Notes: a model not told the origin generated them from the letters alone. A stretch of DNA of 32,000 nucleotides from Aciduliprofundum boonei T469 (GCF_000025665.1 NC_013926.1:780001-812000), one strand, 5' to 3'; shown: positions 19,147 through 28,027, counted from the first letter of the stretch. Numbers and translations: made by a program.

Positions 19147-19803
19147 ATGGTTGAAAGGTTCAGATGCCAGCTTGTTTCTTGGAAAGACATAGAAAGATGG
19201 TCAAAGAACATAGTTAAGGAGGTTATGAAAAGCGGTTATGAGCCTGAAATTGTAATAGGACTTGCCCGAGGAGGGCTCGTACCCGCAAGATTGATTGCAG
19301 ATTATCTTAACATCAAGGATTTATATGCTGTAAAAACAGAGCACTGGGGATTAACAGCTACACCTGATGGTAAGGCAAAGCTTGCCCAAGGGTTGCAGAT
19401 AAGTATTGATGGTAAGAGAGTGCTGGTGGTGGACGACATAACTGATACGGGACAGAGTTTGAAACTAGCAGTTGACCATATTAAGGGACATAACCCCTCC
19501 GAGATAAGAAGTGCGACTTTATTGCATATAACACATTCAAAATATGTCCCCGATTACTATTCTGATGAAGTGCCCGAGGATAAATGGACATGGTTCATTT
19601 TCCCATGGAATGTTTATGAGGATATGAGAAATCTCATTCCAAAGACATTATACGGGCCAAAGGATAGGTATGAAATTAAAAATGCGTTAAAGGAGCAGTT
19701 TCAGATTGATGTGCGCATAAGGATAATATCCGAAGTGTTGAGAGATCTTGCTAAGCGAGGAATTATAAAGAAAAATGGTAATAAATGGGAGTTGGTAAAA
19801 TGA
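19147..19803 (+). CDS. Purine phosphoribosyltransferase (Gpt-like) with ~50-aa C-terminal extension
   Basis: PRPP loop VLVVDDITDTGQSL. WTWFIFPWN resembles the Gpt-type C-terminal motif. The basic/helical tail ISEVLRDLAKRGIIKKNGNKWELVK looks winged-helix-like. ATG 19147 is preceded by GGTGA; the track uses GTG 19138. Confidence 0.75.
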   Translation: MVERFRCQLVSWKDIERWSKNIVKEVMKSGYEPEIVIGLARGGLVPARLIADYLNIKDLYAVKTEHWGLTATPDGKAKLAQGLQISIDGKRVLVVDDITDTGQSLKLAVDHIKGHNPSEIRSATLLHITHSKYVPDYYSDEVPEDKWTWFIFPWNVYEDMRNLIPKTLYGPKDRYEIKNALKEQFQIDVRIRIISEVLRDLAKRGIIKKNGNKWELVK

Positions 19804-20357
19804 AACTTTTAAAAGAGTCTCTCAAGAATGCACCGGTAATAATGAAGGGAAACTATCCATATTTTATCCACCCGCTTACGGACGGAATTCCAGAGATAGA
19901 TCCTGCCGTGCTCAAGGATGCTGTAAATGAAATAATAAAGGTAATAGACATTGATAATTTTGATAAGATTGTGGCAGTAGAGGCCATGGGTTTACCTATT
20001 GGTGTTGCTCTCAGTATGGAACTAACGAAGCCCATGACGGTCATAAGAAAAAGGCCCTATGGCTTATCTGGAGAGGTCATGGTTGAGCAGCAGACAGGAT
20101 ATTCTAAAGGTAAGTTATATATAAATTCCATATCCTCTCAAGATACCTTGCTCTTGGTGGATGATGTTCTAAGCACAGGAGGTACAATAACTGCTGTGGT
20201 GGACGGAATAAAGAAGATAGGAGCAAAGATAAGTGACATAGTGGTGGTTGTTAACAAAAACAGAAACATCAAAGAAGTAGAGCAAAAGATAGGATTTAAG
20301 ATAAAGACAATAGTAAATATAGAAATAGTTGATGGAAAGGTTAAAGTTTTAGACTAA
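19800..20357 (+). CDS. hpt: Hypoxanthine/guanine phosphoribosyltransferase, archaeal type
   Basis: MKLLKESLKNAPV...YPYFIHPLTDGIPEIDP...VAVEAMGLPIG...TGYSKGKLYIN...LLLVDDVLSTGGT matches the archaeal Hpt pattern as I recall it. ATGA overlap with the upstream PRT stop. Confidence 0.75.
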   Translation: MKLLKESLKNAPVIMKGNYPYFIHPLTDGIPEIDPAVLKDAVNEIIKVIDIDNFDKIVAVEAMGLPIGVALSMELTKPMTVIRKRPYGLSGEVMVEQQTGYSKGKLYINSISSQDTLLLVDDVLSTGGTITAVVDGIKKIGAKISDIVVVVNKNRNIKEVEQKIGFKIKTIVNIEIVDGKVKVLD

Positions 20358-20695
20358 AGCGTTTTTTCCATTATCTCATCTATTTCTTTTTGAAACATCT
20401 GGTATAAATTGGATATAAACTCTTTTTTTACATCTGGAGGCAACGAAATCACACCAAGTTCACCCAAGGCCTTTGTGAGCAGAGTAGCTGCTTCAATTTC
20501 TTTCACCTTCGCATTTATATACATCATCATTGCCTCCCTCATTTCCTCTTTTATCTTTGGGTTCTCATTCATTTTTTCTTTTATATATTCTTTCATCTGG
20601 TCTTTCATGAGATCTCTAAGAACTTCTAGCATCATGTCCTCAGAGGGCATTATTTTCTCCGTGTCTTTTAATAACATTTCAATATTCCTCACCAT
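20354..20695 (-). CDS. Hypothetical helical protein rich in Met/Lys/Glu
   Basis: 113 aa, about 14 Met, predicted all-helical, no motif recognised. Convergent 4-nt stop overlap with hpt. Confidence 0.5.
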   Translation of the reverse strand: MVRNIEMLLKDTEKIMPSEDMMLEVLRDLMKDQMKEYIKEKMNENPKIKEEMREAMMMYINAKVKEIEAATLLTKALGELGVISLPPDVKKEFISNLYQMFQKEIDEIMEKTL

Positions 20696-20852
20696 AAGGA
20701 TAGATATGATCTTATTTGATAAGTAAATTTCTCAATGGCTTCCAAACTCCTCCTATTTAAAGTACTTGCCTATGAATTCAACTCACCCACAATGAGGAAA
20801 AAGTTAAATACTTTAAAGTTCATTAATCTAAAAATATATATTGGTGGTTTAA

Positions 20853-21368
20853 ATGGTTCAGGGAGCATCAATAAGGCTTATAATAGATTATGTATCGAAA
20901 AAGAAGGGAATTGAAGGGTTAAATGCTTTGAGAGACATTGTTAATAAGGATAGGGTTATATTTATGAAAGAATCAGATATAAAGCACAATGAAAATTACC
21001 CCGGGCATTATCTTGCCAAAATTTTAGATGCTACAGTAAAAATTTTTGATGAAAATGAACTTCAGGAAATGGGCAAATATTTTGGTGAGCATATGGATGT
21101 GAATTTTAAGGGTATTTTGGGCAAATATCCCCCTAAGAAAACAATGGAGAATATTGTGCTTGTGATGAGAAAATATCTGCCTATTTTCCACACAGGATAT
21201 AAAAGTATAACCTCCAAATCATATTGGCTATTGGTTTCAAAGCTCAAAAAGGAGTACTATCCTTTCATAGACGGAATAACTCAAGCACTCTTTGAGAAGC
21301 ATGGGGGGATAAGAGAGGTTAAAAAGGCCTACGAGGAGGATAGAATAGAATACACACTTAAATTTTAA
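20853..21368 (+). CDS. Hypothetical 171-aa protein
   Basis: ATG preceded by GGTGG (20843-20847). No diagnostic motif recognised. The N-terminal pattern GASIRLIIDYVSKKKGIEGLNAL loosely recalls small ligand-binding/sensor folds, unverified. Confidence 0.5.
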   Translation: MVQGASIRLIIDYVSKKKGIEGLNALRDIVNKDRVIFMKESDIKHNENYPGHYLAKILDATVKIFDENELQEMGKYFGEHMDVNFKGILGKYPPKKTMENIVLVMRKYLPIFHTGYKSITSKSYWLLVSKLKKEYYPFIDGITQALFEKHGGIREVKKAYEEDRIEYTLKF

Positions 21369-21715
21369 TATTTCTCAGAAAAAATTCTTATTACGCTGTT
21401 TTGGATTATTGTAGATGCCAAGGCATCATCTATCTTATCAAAATCCACATCATCCTGAGGAGAAATGGCAATTATTTCATTTCTCTCTCCAAGAACCCAA
21501 TGCACAACTATGTTTCTTTCGTTTTTAATTTCTAAATATCCTTCTGGGTATGTTGGAGACCAATGATGTAAAAAGTCCCCTGAAAAAATACTTTTAAAGT
21601 AATTTTCTAGGCTAGTTGGGCCTAGGGTTGTGGTTATATCTATCCAAACCCATGGGGAGCTATATTCCTCAATAACGCTTCTAAATTTTTTCTCATCTTC
21701 TTTGGAAAACATCAA
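21365..21715 (-). CDS. Hypothetical 116-aa protein (downstream partner of the HicB-like gene)
   Basis: 4-nt overlap with the upstream small gene. No motif recognised. Confidence 0.5.
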   Translation of the reverse strand: MMFSKEDEKKFRSVIEEYSSPWVWIDITTTLGPTSLENYFKSIFSGDFLHHWSPTYPEGYLEIKNERNIVVHWVLGERNEIIAISPQDDVDFDKIDDALASTIIQNSVIRIFSEKY

Positions 21716-21879
21716 AGTACACCTTCAAACTCTTGCTGCAGTTCAATCATAACTTGGTCAAGTACCTCCTCAAATGATATTCCTCTGTACTCTCTTAGAC
21801 CTCCTAGAGGGCTCTGCAATTTTGCTACAAACACGCCATTTTCCTCCAAGAATTCTATGCTGCAAAGACTCTCCTCCAT
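21712..21879 (-). CDS. Small UPF0150/HicB-N-terminal-like protein (55 aa)
   Basis: From ATG 21879: MEESLCSIEFLEENGVFVAKLQSPLGGLREYRGISFEEVLDQVMIELQQEFE. This follows the HicB-N pattern (beta strands, xLPGxxxxGxTxEEAL, helix). The longer track ORF (to 21972) runs into the opp promoter. Confidence 0.4.
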   Translation of the reverse strand: MEESLCSIEFLEENGVFVAKLQSPLGGLREYRGISFEEVLDQVMIELQQEFEGVL

Positions 21880-21990
21880 GTTATCACCGAGCCCGCTATT
21901 GCAATGTTCTATAAAAAATATTCTGCTGGGGATTGAGTAAAGTTTAAATGTATGATTACCATTGTAGGGCAAAGTGGTAGGTGGTTAATC

Positions 21991-23427
21991 ATGGCTGGAT
22001 TAGGTCCTTATTTGGTTAAAAGAGCAATTCAAGCAGCGATTACGATATTTGTTGTTACCAGTATTATATGGGCACTCTTTGAAGCTATGCCGGGTGATCC
22101 AACTGATGCTTTTTATGCAAATCCAAATTATAAGGCAGAAGATATTGCGAATATGGCTGTATCTTTTGGTTTGGCCGATAAGCATGTGGAAACTTTGACT
22201 GCTAAGGCTTTCACTCCGGTACCTGCTTCTCAGATACCCAATTCCAATCAGCAGTATTCCTATTTCTACACGATATTATCTTTTAATCAAAATCCAAGAG
22301 CCGTGTCTATGACTCTGAACGAAAGTTATGAGTATGGTAACAAAACGGTTCAATACGGCATCTATGTGTTTTCATCCCCTGAAAAGGTTCCGTTGGATAA
22401 AATATACTTGAAGAACTCATCAAATGCTGAAGTGCCATCGCAGTACAAGTATCATTGGACTTCTTATGATAAGCTTGGAAGCTCTATTCAGAGCGTTGGC
22501 GTGCTACCAAAGAAGTATGTTTATGTTCTTATTGAAATCCCTCTGAAGGGTGTTCAGATTTCTCCTCAGATGAAAATAGCTCTTCTCTATGTTACGGATA
22601 AACCCCTTTATGAGAGGTATGTATTTTTCTTGAAGGATATGTTTACCTTGAATTTTGGAATCTCTTCTATTTACCATGAACCCGTTTGGACTATTTTGGA
22701 GCAGAGAGTTCCAAGGACACTTCTATGGTTTGGCTTGGCTACTTTGATAACATATGCTATTGGTATACCTCTAGGAACATATATTGCATGGAGAAGAGGT
22801 GGTGCCGCGGAGGGAGCGGTAATAGGATTCAGTCTGTTTTTCTACAATATGCCATCTTTCTGGCTGGCATTAGTGTTCTTGTGGATATTCTCCTATAGTT
22901 TGGGTTGGACCCCTATAAGCGGATTTGCCAGTGAGGGCTATACAGGTCCTGGCTCAACATGCGCTCAGCTTGGTATATGCCCTGGAAATCCATTCTACTC
23001 TATAGTGGATTACGGATGGCATTTGATACTTCCTCTCACTGTTATAGTTCTCTTAGGGGTTGCGGGAGTTATACTGCTGCAGAGAACTTCTATGCTTGAA
23101 ACACTTGGTGAGGATTACATACTCACAGCTAAGGCAAAGGGCTTGCCTGAAAAAGTGGTTCGAAATAAGCATGCTAGAAGAAATGCAATGTTGCCAATAA
23201 TCACATCTTTCGTTCTCTCACTTGCCTACGCTATAGGTGGTGCTGTGATTCTGGAACAGATATTTTCATACTACGGTGTGGGGTACACATACCTACAGGC
23301 GCTGATGGGTCAAGATTTCTTCTTGGCTGGAGCTACGCTTTATATAATATCATTGCTAGTCATATTTGGTAATGTGCTGGCTGATGTGTTGTATGGTATC
23401 CTTGATCCAAGGGTGAGGTTGCAATAA
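21991..23427 (+). CDS. Opp/Dpp-type ABC importer permease (OppB-like) with ~138-aa insertion in the TM1-TM2 loop
   Basis: MAGLGPYLVKRAIQAAITIFVVTSIIWALFEAMPGDP (OppB N-terminus), later the EAA-type region LTAKAKGLPEKVVRNKHARRNAMLP, and the ending ADVLYGILDPRVR. ATG 21991 is preceded by GGTGG. Confidence 0.85.
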   Translation: MAGLGPYLVKRAIQAAITIFVVTSIIWALFEAMPGDPTDAFYANPNYKAEDIANMAVSFGLADKHVETLTAKAFTPVPASQIPNSNQQYSYFYTILSFNQNPRAVSMTLNESYEYGNKTVQYGIYVFSSPEKVPLDKIYLKNSSNAEVPSQYKYHWTSYDKLGSSIQSVGVLPKKYVYVLIEIPLKGVQISPQMKIALLYVTDKPLYERYVFFLKDMFTLNFGISSIYHEPVWTILEQRVPRTLLWFGLATLITYAIGIPLGTYIAWRRGGAAEGAVIGFSLFFYNMPSFWLALVFLWIFSYSLGWTPISGFASEGYTGPGSTCAQLGICPGNPFYSIVDYGWHLILPLTVIVLLGVAGVILLQRTSMLETLGEDYILTAKAKGLPEKVVRNKHARRNAMLPIITSFVLSLAYAIGGAVILEQIFSYYGVGYTYLQALMGQDFFLAGATLYIISLLVIFGNVLADVLYGILDPRVRLQ

Positions 23428-23442
23428 AGGAGGTGTAAAGAA

Positions 23443-25899
23443 ATGGCAGAAGTATCAAAGTGGGACGAAATAAGAAGGCATATGAGTAGAAGCCTAAAAC
23501 AGGGTTGGAAACTTTATAGCCAGAGTAAGTATGGTGTAGTAGGGCTTGCATTGATTCTGATATTTGCGATAATGGCAATTTTTGCTCCATTCCTCACTCC
23601 TTATTCCCCTCAGTTTGAGGCACCTTCAATAGATGCTTTAAGACCTTATGTTTATGCATTTAATACTACTGCACCTGTTGAGGACATTGCCATAGGGTAT
23701 ACTCAGTTAACAACAGCACCATCGGAGGGTGGTAATTGGATAATTCTTAACTACGGCAAGAGTATCCAGGGTATATTCATCCAGGATCCTTCTAGAGTTG
23801 GAATGCCTAATAAAGATCCTTGGGGGACCAACTCTTTGAGATTCACTTTGAATCTAACAGATATTCCTGGAATAGGTGCTGATGAGACAGTTACAAATAT
23901 TGCTTTTCTCTCCCCATCAACATCGGATCTTCAGTATCACTACAGCGGTACAGGTCAAGATCCAAACTGGGATGGAGAGCTGGTGTTCACAACTCAACAT
24001 CATCTGGTTATATACGATATATATAATCTTAAGCCAAAATCCAATTATGATAGGGTGATTGTCAAGAGCTTGCCCTACATACCCACATGGCTCGTGGTTG
24101 ATACAACATCTTCTGGAAATCTTGAGGTGCCAGTTGTTTATGCGCCAGGTTCTGCGGTATTCCCTTCTAGGTTCATAGGTGTTGGAGATGAGTATCATGC
24201 AAATCTTTACTGGTATTATTACACATATTCAAATGATTCTTATCTTCCAAATGCACAGCAATGCTTGTACCCTGTTCTAAATCAGAATTACACGGAGAAA
24301 ATAATAATGAAGCCATTTCTATTCTACAACGATTATCTTTACAACGATAATCTTTCGAAGGATCAAAATGTGTTTATCGTTCCTCTTGAGACAAAGACTG
24401 TGGTCTACAAAGGGTTTGATACACACACCTATCCTCTACCATTCCCCACTCCTGGTGCTCTTCCGTTCGTTCCAAGGCCTAATGTTGTTGAGACAGTTCT
24501 TAATTTCCCGCTAACTGCTGAGCCAGGTTACTATGCGGGAAGTCCAAATTTAGGGAAGAATTACATATTCCTACCTGCTCAGAGCAACGGTAATGCAGTT
24601 GTTTATGTGATGAATCCTGCTGGTTCAAATGGTCATGTGGTAGTTGAGAATGACTGGACAATGAACATGGGAAGAGGTATGGTAACAGCTTCACCATCAG
24701 TCACATATTCTGGAGGAAATTTCACAGTATTTAATGCAAAATATGTGAGCAATGAGGATATGAGTTATGTATATGAGTATATGAAGGGAACAAACACAAA
24801 GTTTGAAATGGTCCCAATAAATAGCACCAAGAATGGCGCCATACCCGTTAATTCTAAGGTTGTTATGCTGGTAAATATGATACTCCAGAATGGAGAGATG
24901 CTTGCCCTTACAAATGGAAACGAGTTAACCCTTTATGTGTTGGATTTTTCTGATTATCAAACAACTGGAAAAATGATTGTTAGTAAGTTTATGTACTATA
25001 ACAATTATACCAAGAAATTGTCCCCATTCCCATATCCTCCGGGAAGCAAGCTATCTTACTTTGAGTACATGGGAACTCTATCTGGCTCAAAATATTCTCC
25101 TACTGCGAGCTCCAATGTGTATACTTTGTATTACTGTAATGATACCAAGACTGTAGGTCTCTTAAATCCAAAGGGTACTAATGTTCTTCCTCTCCCGCCA
25201 GGTAAGTATTTCAGCGGTAACTGGTACATCTTGGGTACAGATGATAAAGGTCATGATATATGGACTTGGTTAGTATATGGCTCAAGAGTGGCGTTTATAG
25301 TGGGTATTCTAGCAGCATTTTTCTCCGTGATGATAGGTACGCTCTACGGTATATATTCAGGATATAAAGGTGGAGTTGTAGATACTTTGCTAATGAGATT
25401 TGTAGATATTATGCTGACACTACCTGGTTTGCCCATATTGTTGATATTGACTGCTATCTTAGGTCCAAGCATATGGAACATAATTCTAGTCATATCTGTG
25501 TTGGGATGGTCCGGAATAGCCAGGGTTATAAGGGCACAGACACTCTCTCTGAGATCTAGGCCATTTGTGGATGCTGCTAGAGTTGCAGGAGCCAGCAATA
25601 CTAGGATAATGGTATCACATATATTCCCCAATGTGTTGCCTTATTCCTTCCTTTACATGACTCTTGGAGTCGCCGGTGCTATTCTTTCAGAAGCTGCTCT
25701 GAGTTTCCTAGGTTTGGGAGATCCAAAGGCGATATCTTGGGGACAGATGTTGTACAGTATACAAACTGCAGGAGCAGTTATGTATGCATGGTGGTGGCTA
25801 TTGCCTCCAGGTCTTTCAATTACACTGATATCGCTTGGATTCTATCTGGTTGGCAGGGCATTCGATGAAATTCTTAATCCGCGCTTGAGGAAGAGGTGA
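23443..25899 (+). CDS. Opp/Dpp-type ABC importer permease (OppC-like) with ~530-aa insertion in the TM1-TM2 loop
   Basis: N-terminal TM VVGLALILIFAIMAIFAPF. The canonical core resumes at ILGTDDKGHDIWTWLVYGSRVAF (nt ~25228), followed by DAARVAGASNTRIMVSHIFPNVLP and DEILNPRLR. AGGAGGTG lies upstream of the ATG. Confidence 0.85.
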   Translation: MAEVSKWDEIRRHMSRSLKQGWKLYSQSKYGVVGLALILIFAIMAIFAPFLTPYSPQFEAPSIDALRPYVYAFNTTAPVEDIAIGYTQLTTAPSEGGNWIILNYGKSIQGIFIQDPSRVGMPNKDPWGTNSLRFTLNLTDIPGIGADETVTNIAFLSPSTSDLQYHYSGTGQDPNWDGELVFTTQHHLVIYDIYNLKPKSNYDRVIVKSLPYIPTWLVVDTTSSGNLEVPVVYAPGSAVFPSRFIGVGDEYHANLYWYYYTYSNDSYLPNAQQCLYPVLNQNYTEKIIMKPFLFYNDYLYNDNLSKDQNVFIVPLETKTVVYKGFDTHTYPLPFPTPGALPFVPRPNVVETVLNFPLTAEPGYYAGSPNLGKNYIFLPAQSNGNAVVYVMNPAGSNGHVVVENDWTMNMGRGMVTASPSVTYSGGNFTVFNAKYVSNEDMSYVYEYMKGTNTKFEMVPINSTKNGAIPVNSKVVMLVNMILQNGEMLALTNGNELTLYVLDFSDYQTTGKMIVSKFMYYNNYTKKLSPFPYPPGSKLSYFEYMGTLSGSKYSPTASSNVYTLYYCNDTKTVGLLNPKGTNVLPLPPGKYFSGNWYILGTDDKGHDIWTWLVYGSRVAFIVGILAAFFSVMIGTLYGIYSGYKGGVVDTLLMRFVDIMLTLPGLPILLILTAILGPSIWNIILVISVLGWSGIARVIRAQTLSLRSRPFVDAARVAGASNTRIMVSHIFPNVLPYSFLYMTLGVAGAILSEAALSFLGLGDPKAISWGQMLYSIQTAGAVMYAWWWLLPPGLSITLISLGFYLVGRAFDEILNPRLRKR

Positions 25900-25904
25900 T
25901 CAAG

Positions 25905-26957
25905 ATGGCAAAAACATTATTGGATGTTAGAAACCTTTCGGTGCATTACAAGATTCAAGGTGGCTGGGTGTATGCGGTAGATGATGTTAGTTTCAAGTTA
26001 GAAAAAGGAGAAACGATGGGTTTAGTGGGTGAATCAGGCTGCGGTAAAACAACCACTGGATATGGCATAACCCAGTTGCTTGCAAGCAATGCATATTACA
26101 AGGAAGGAAGCAAAGTGATATTCGATGGTAAGGATTTTGTTCAAATGAGCACTGTGCCAAGCAAGGAGTATAAGGAGTATAGGAAAATAGTTGAATACCA
26201 TCCAGAGATGCGCAAGTATAGGTGGAAGAGGATATCTATGATATTCCAAGGTGCAATGAATGCGTTTAATCCTGTGTTCAAGGTTGGAGATCAAATAATT
26301 GAAGCCATAAAGGCTCATGAAGATGTTACTGACGAGGAAGCTAGGAAAAGAGTTGAAAGGTTATACAAACTGGTTGGTATACCGGTGGACAGAATAGATA
26401 ACTATCCGCATGAGTACAGTGGTGGTATGAAGCAGAGAGCTATGATTGCAATGGCTCTAGCACTAAATCCAGATTTAATTATAGCAGATGAGCCCACTAC
26501 GGCCCTGGATGTGGTTACTCAGGATAGAATTCTAGGTGAGATGGCAAGATTGCAGAAGAGGGAGAAAGTGGCAATGATTCTTATTACCCACGATGTCAGC
26601 GTTGTGGCTGAAATGGCACACAAGATGGCTGTGATGTATGCGGGACATCTTGTAGAGACAGGTACAACTAGACAGGTATTCAAAGAGACAGCTCATCCTT
26701 ATATGGAGGCTCTCTTAGCAGCTTTCCCAAATATAAAGAAAGAGAAAAAAGAAAGGCTTAAAGCTATACCTGGCTCTCCACCGGATTTGTCTAATCCTCC
26801 TAAGGGTTGTAGATTCGCACCTCGCTGTCCTTACGCTAAGGATATATGCTTAGAAGAAGAGCCACCTGTAATTGAAGTTGCTCCTGGACATTATTCAAAA
26901 TGTCATTTTGCAGAGGAGTTGTATGGTGAACTAGGCGGTGGTGAGAGCAATGAGTGA
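25905..26957 (+). CDS. Opp/Dpp-type ABC importer ATP-binding protein (OppD-like)
   Basis: [41 protein letters not shown]-terminal oligopeptide-transporter domain with GCRFAPRCPYAKDIC...KCHF. ATG 25905 lies 5 nt after AGAGGTGATCA. Confidence 0.9.
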   Translation: MAKTLLDVRNLSVHYKIQGGWVYAVDDVSFKLEKGETMGLVGESGCGKTTTGYGITQLLASNAYYKEGSKVIFDGKDFVQMSTVPSKEYKEYRKIVEYHPEMRKYRWKRISMIFQGAMNAFNPVFKVGDQIIEAIKAHEDVTDEEARKRVERLYKLVGIPVDRIDNYPHEYSGGMKQRAMIAMALALNPDLIIADEPTTALDVVTQDRILGEMARLQKREKVAMILITHDVSVVAEMAHKMAVMYAGHLVETGTTRQVFKETAHPYMEALLAAFPNIKKEKKERLKAIPGSPPDLSNPPKGCRFAPRCPYAKDICLEEEPPVIEVAPGHYSKCHFAEELYGELGGGESNE

Positions 26958-28026
26958 TGAGAATAATAATGATGTGGTCATTCGTGTGAGGAACCTTAAA
27001 AAATACTTTGAATTGCACGCAGGAATGTTCAAGTTCTGGGGTGAGCCCATCTATGTTAAGGCTGTAGATGGTATAAATTTCGATATACATAAGGGCGAGA
27101 TATTGGGTCTTGTTGGTGAATCAGGCTGCGGTAAAACTACAACTGGAAGATTGCTTACGAGGCTCGAAGATCCTACGGAAGGAAATATATTGTTCGAAGG
27201 AGAAGACATTGCAAAATTAAAAGGTAGAGAGTTGAAAAATTACAGAAGAAATGTTCAGATGATATTTCAGGATCCTTATGAATCACTAAATCCAAGATTT
27301 ACTGTGCAAAAGACCGTTATGGAGCCCTTGATCATTCATGGAATCGGTGAGAGCTACGATGAGCGTGTTGAGATGGTTATTAAAGCTCTAGAGGATGCGG
27401 AATTAAGGCCTGCTGAGGAATACTTGGACAGATTCCCTCATGAGCTGAGCGGTGGCCAGAGACAGAGAGTTGCGATTGCCAGGGCTTTGGTGCTGAGACC
27501 TAAGTTCATAGTGGCAGATGAGCCCGTATCGATGCTTGATGTATCCATTCGTGCTGGTGTGATGAACCTGATGCTTGATTTGAGGGATAGATACAATATA
27601 CCTTTCCTCTTCATTACGCACGATATAGCGGTTTCTAGGTACATGTCTGATAAAATGGCAGTGATGTATCTTGGAAAGATAGTGGAGATGGCAGATTCTG
27701 ATGAAGTTGTATTCAATCCTATGCATCCGTATACCAAGGCGTTGATATCCGCAGTGCCGGTGCCAGATCCAGAGCACAAGCATGGAAGGGTGGAGATTAA
27801 AGGAGAGATCCCGAGCCCAATAAATTTGCCTCCAGGATGCAGGTTCTGGCCTCGCTGCCCGTATGCTCAAAAGGGTATTTGCGATGTGAAAGAGCCACCT
27901 CTCGTGGAAGTTGAGCCAGGACATTATGTTGCTTGCCACTTTGCAGAGCAATTAGCTGCTGGAGAACTTGAAAGCGGAGAGGAAGCAAAAGAAGTAATTG
28001 AAGAAGCAGAAAAAATAGAATCTTAA
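26950..28026 (+). CDS. Opp/Dpp-type ABC importer ATP-binding protein (OppF-like)
   Basis: [41 protein letters not shown]-terminal [16 protein letters not shown]...ACHF and an acidic tail. ATG 26950 overlaps the oppD-like stop by 8 nt. Confidence 0.9.
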   Translation: MSDENNNDVVIRVRNLKKYFELHAGMFKFWGEPIYVKAVDGINFDIHKGEILGLVGESGCGKTTTGRLLTRLEDPTEGNILFEGEDIAKLKGRELKNYRRNVQMIFQDPYESLNPRFTVQKTVMEPLIIHGIGESYDERVEMVIKALEDAELRPAEEYLDRFPHELSGGQRQRVAIARALVLRPKFIVADEPVSMLDVSIRAGVMNLMLDLRDRYNIPFLFITHDIAVSRYMSDKMAVMYLGKIVEMADSDEVVFNPMHPYTKALISAVPVPDPEHKHGRVEIKGEIPSPINLPPGCRFWPRCPYAQKGICDVKEPPLVEVEPGHYVACHFAEQLAAGELESGEEAKEVIEEAEKIES

Positions 28027-28027
28027 A

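Noticed and set aside
21952-21990. Upstream start for the OppB-like gene (MITIVGQSGRWLI...)
   Set aside because: ATG 21991 is preceded by GGTGG and gives the canonical OppB N-terminus (MAGLGPYLVKRAIQ). The extension has no support.
26038-27147. Near-identical 33-nt stretches (31/33, first 23 nt identical): ggtgaatcaggctgcggtaaaac... at 26038-26070 and 27115-27147
   Set aside because: Both encode the Walker A segment [11 protein letters not shown] of the paralogous OppD/OppF-like ATPases. This is explained by paralogy and codon preference, not a mobile repeat.
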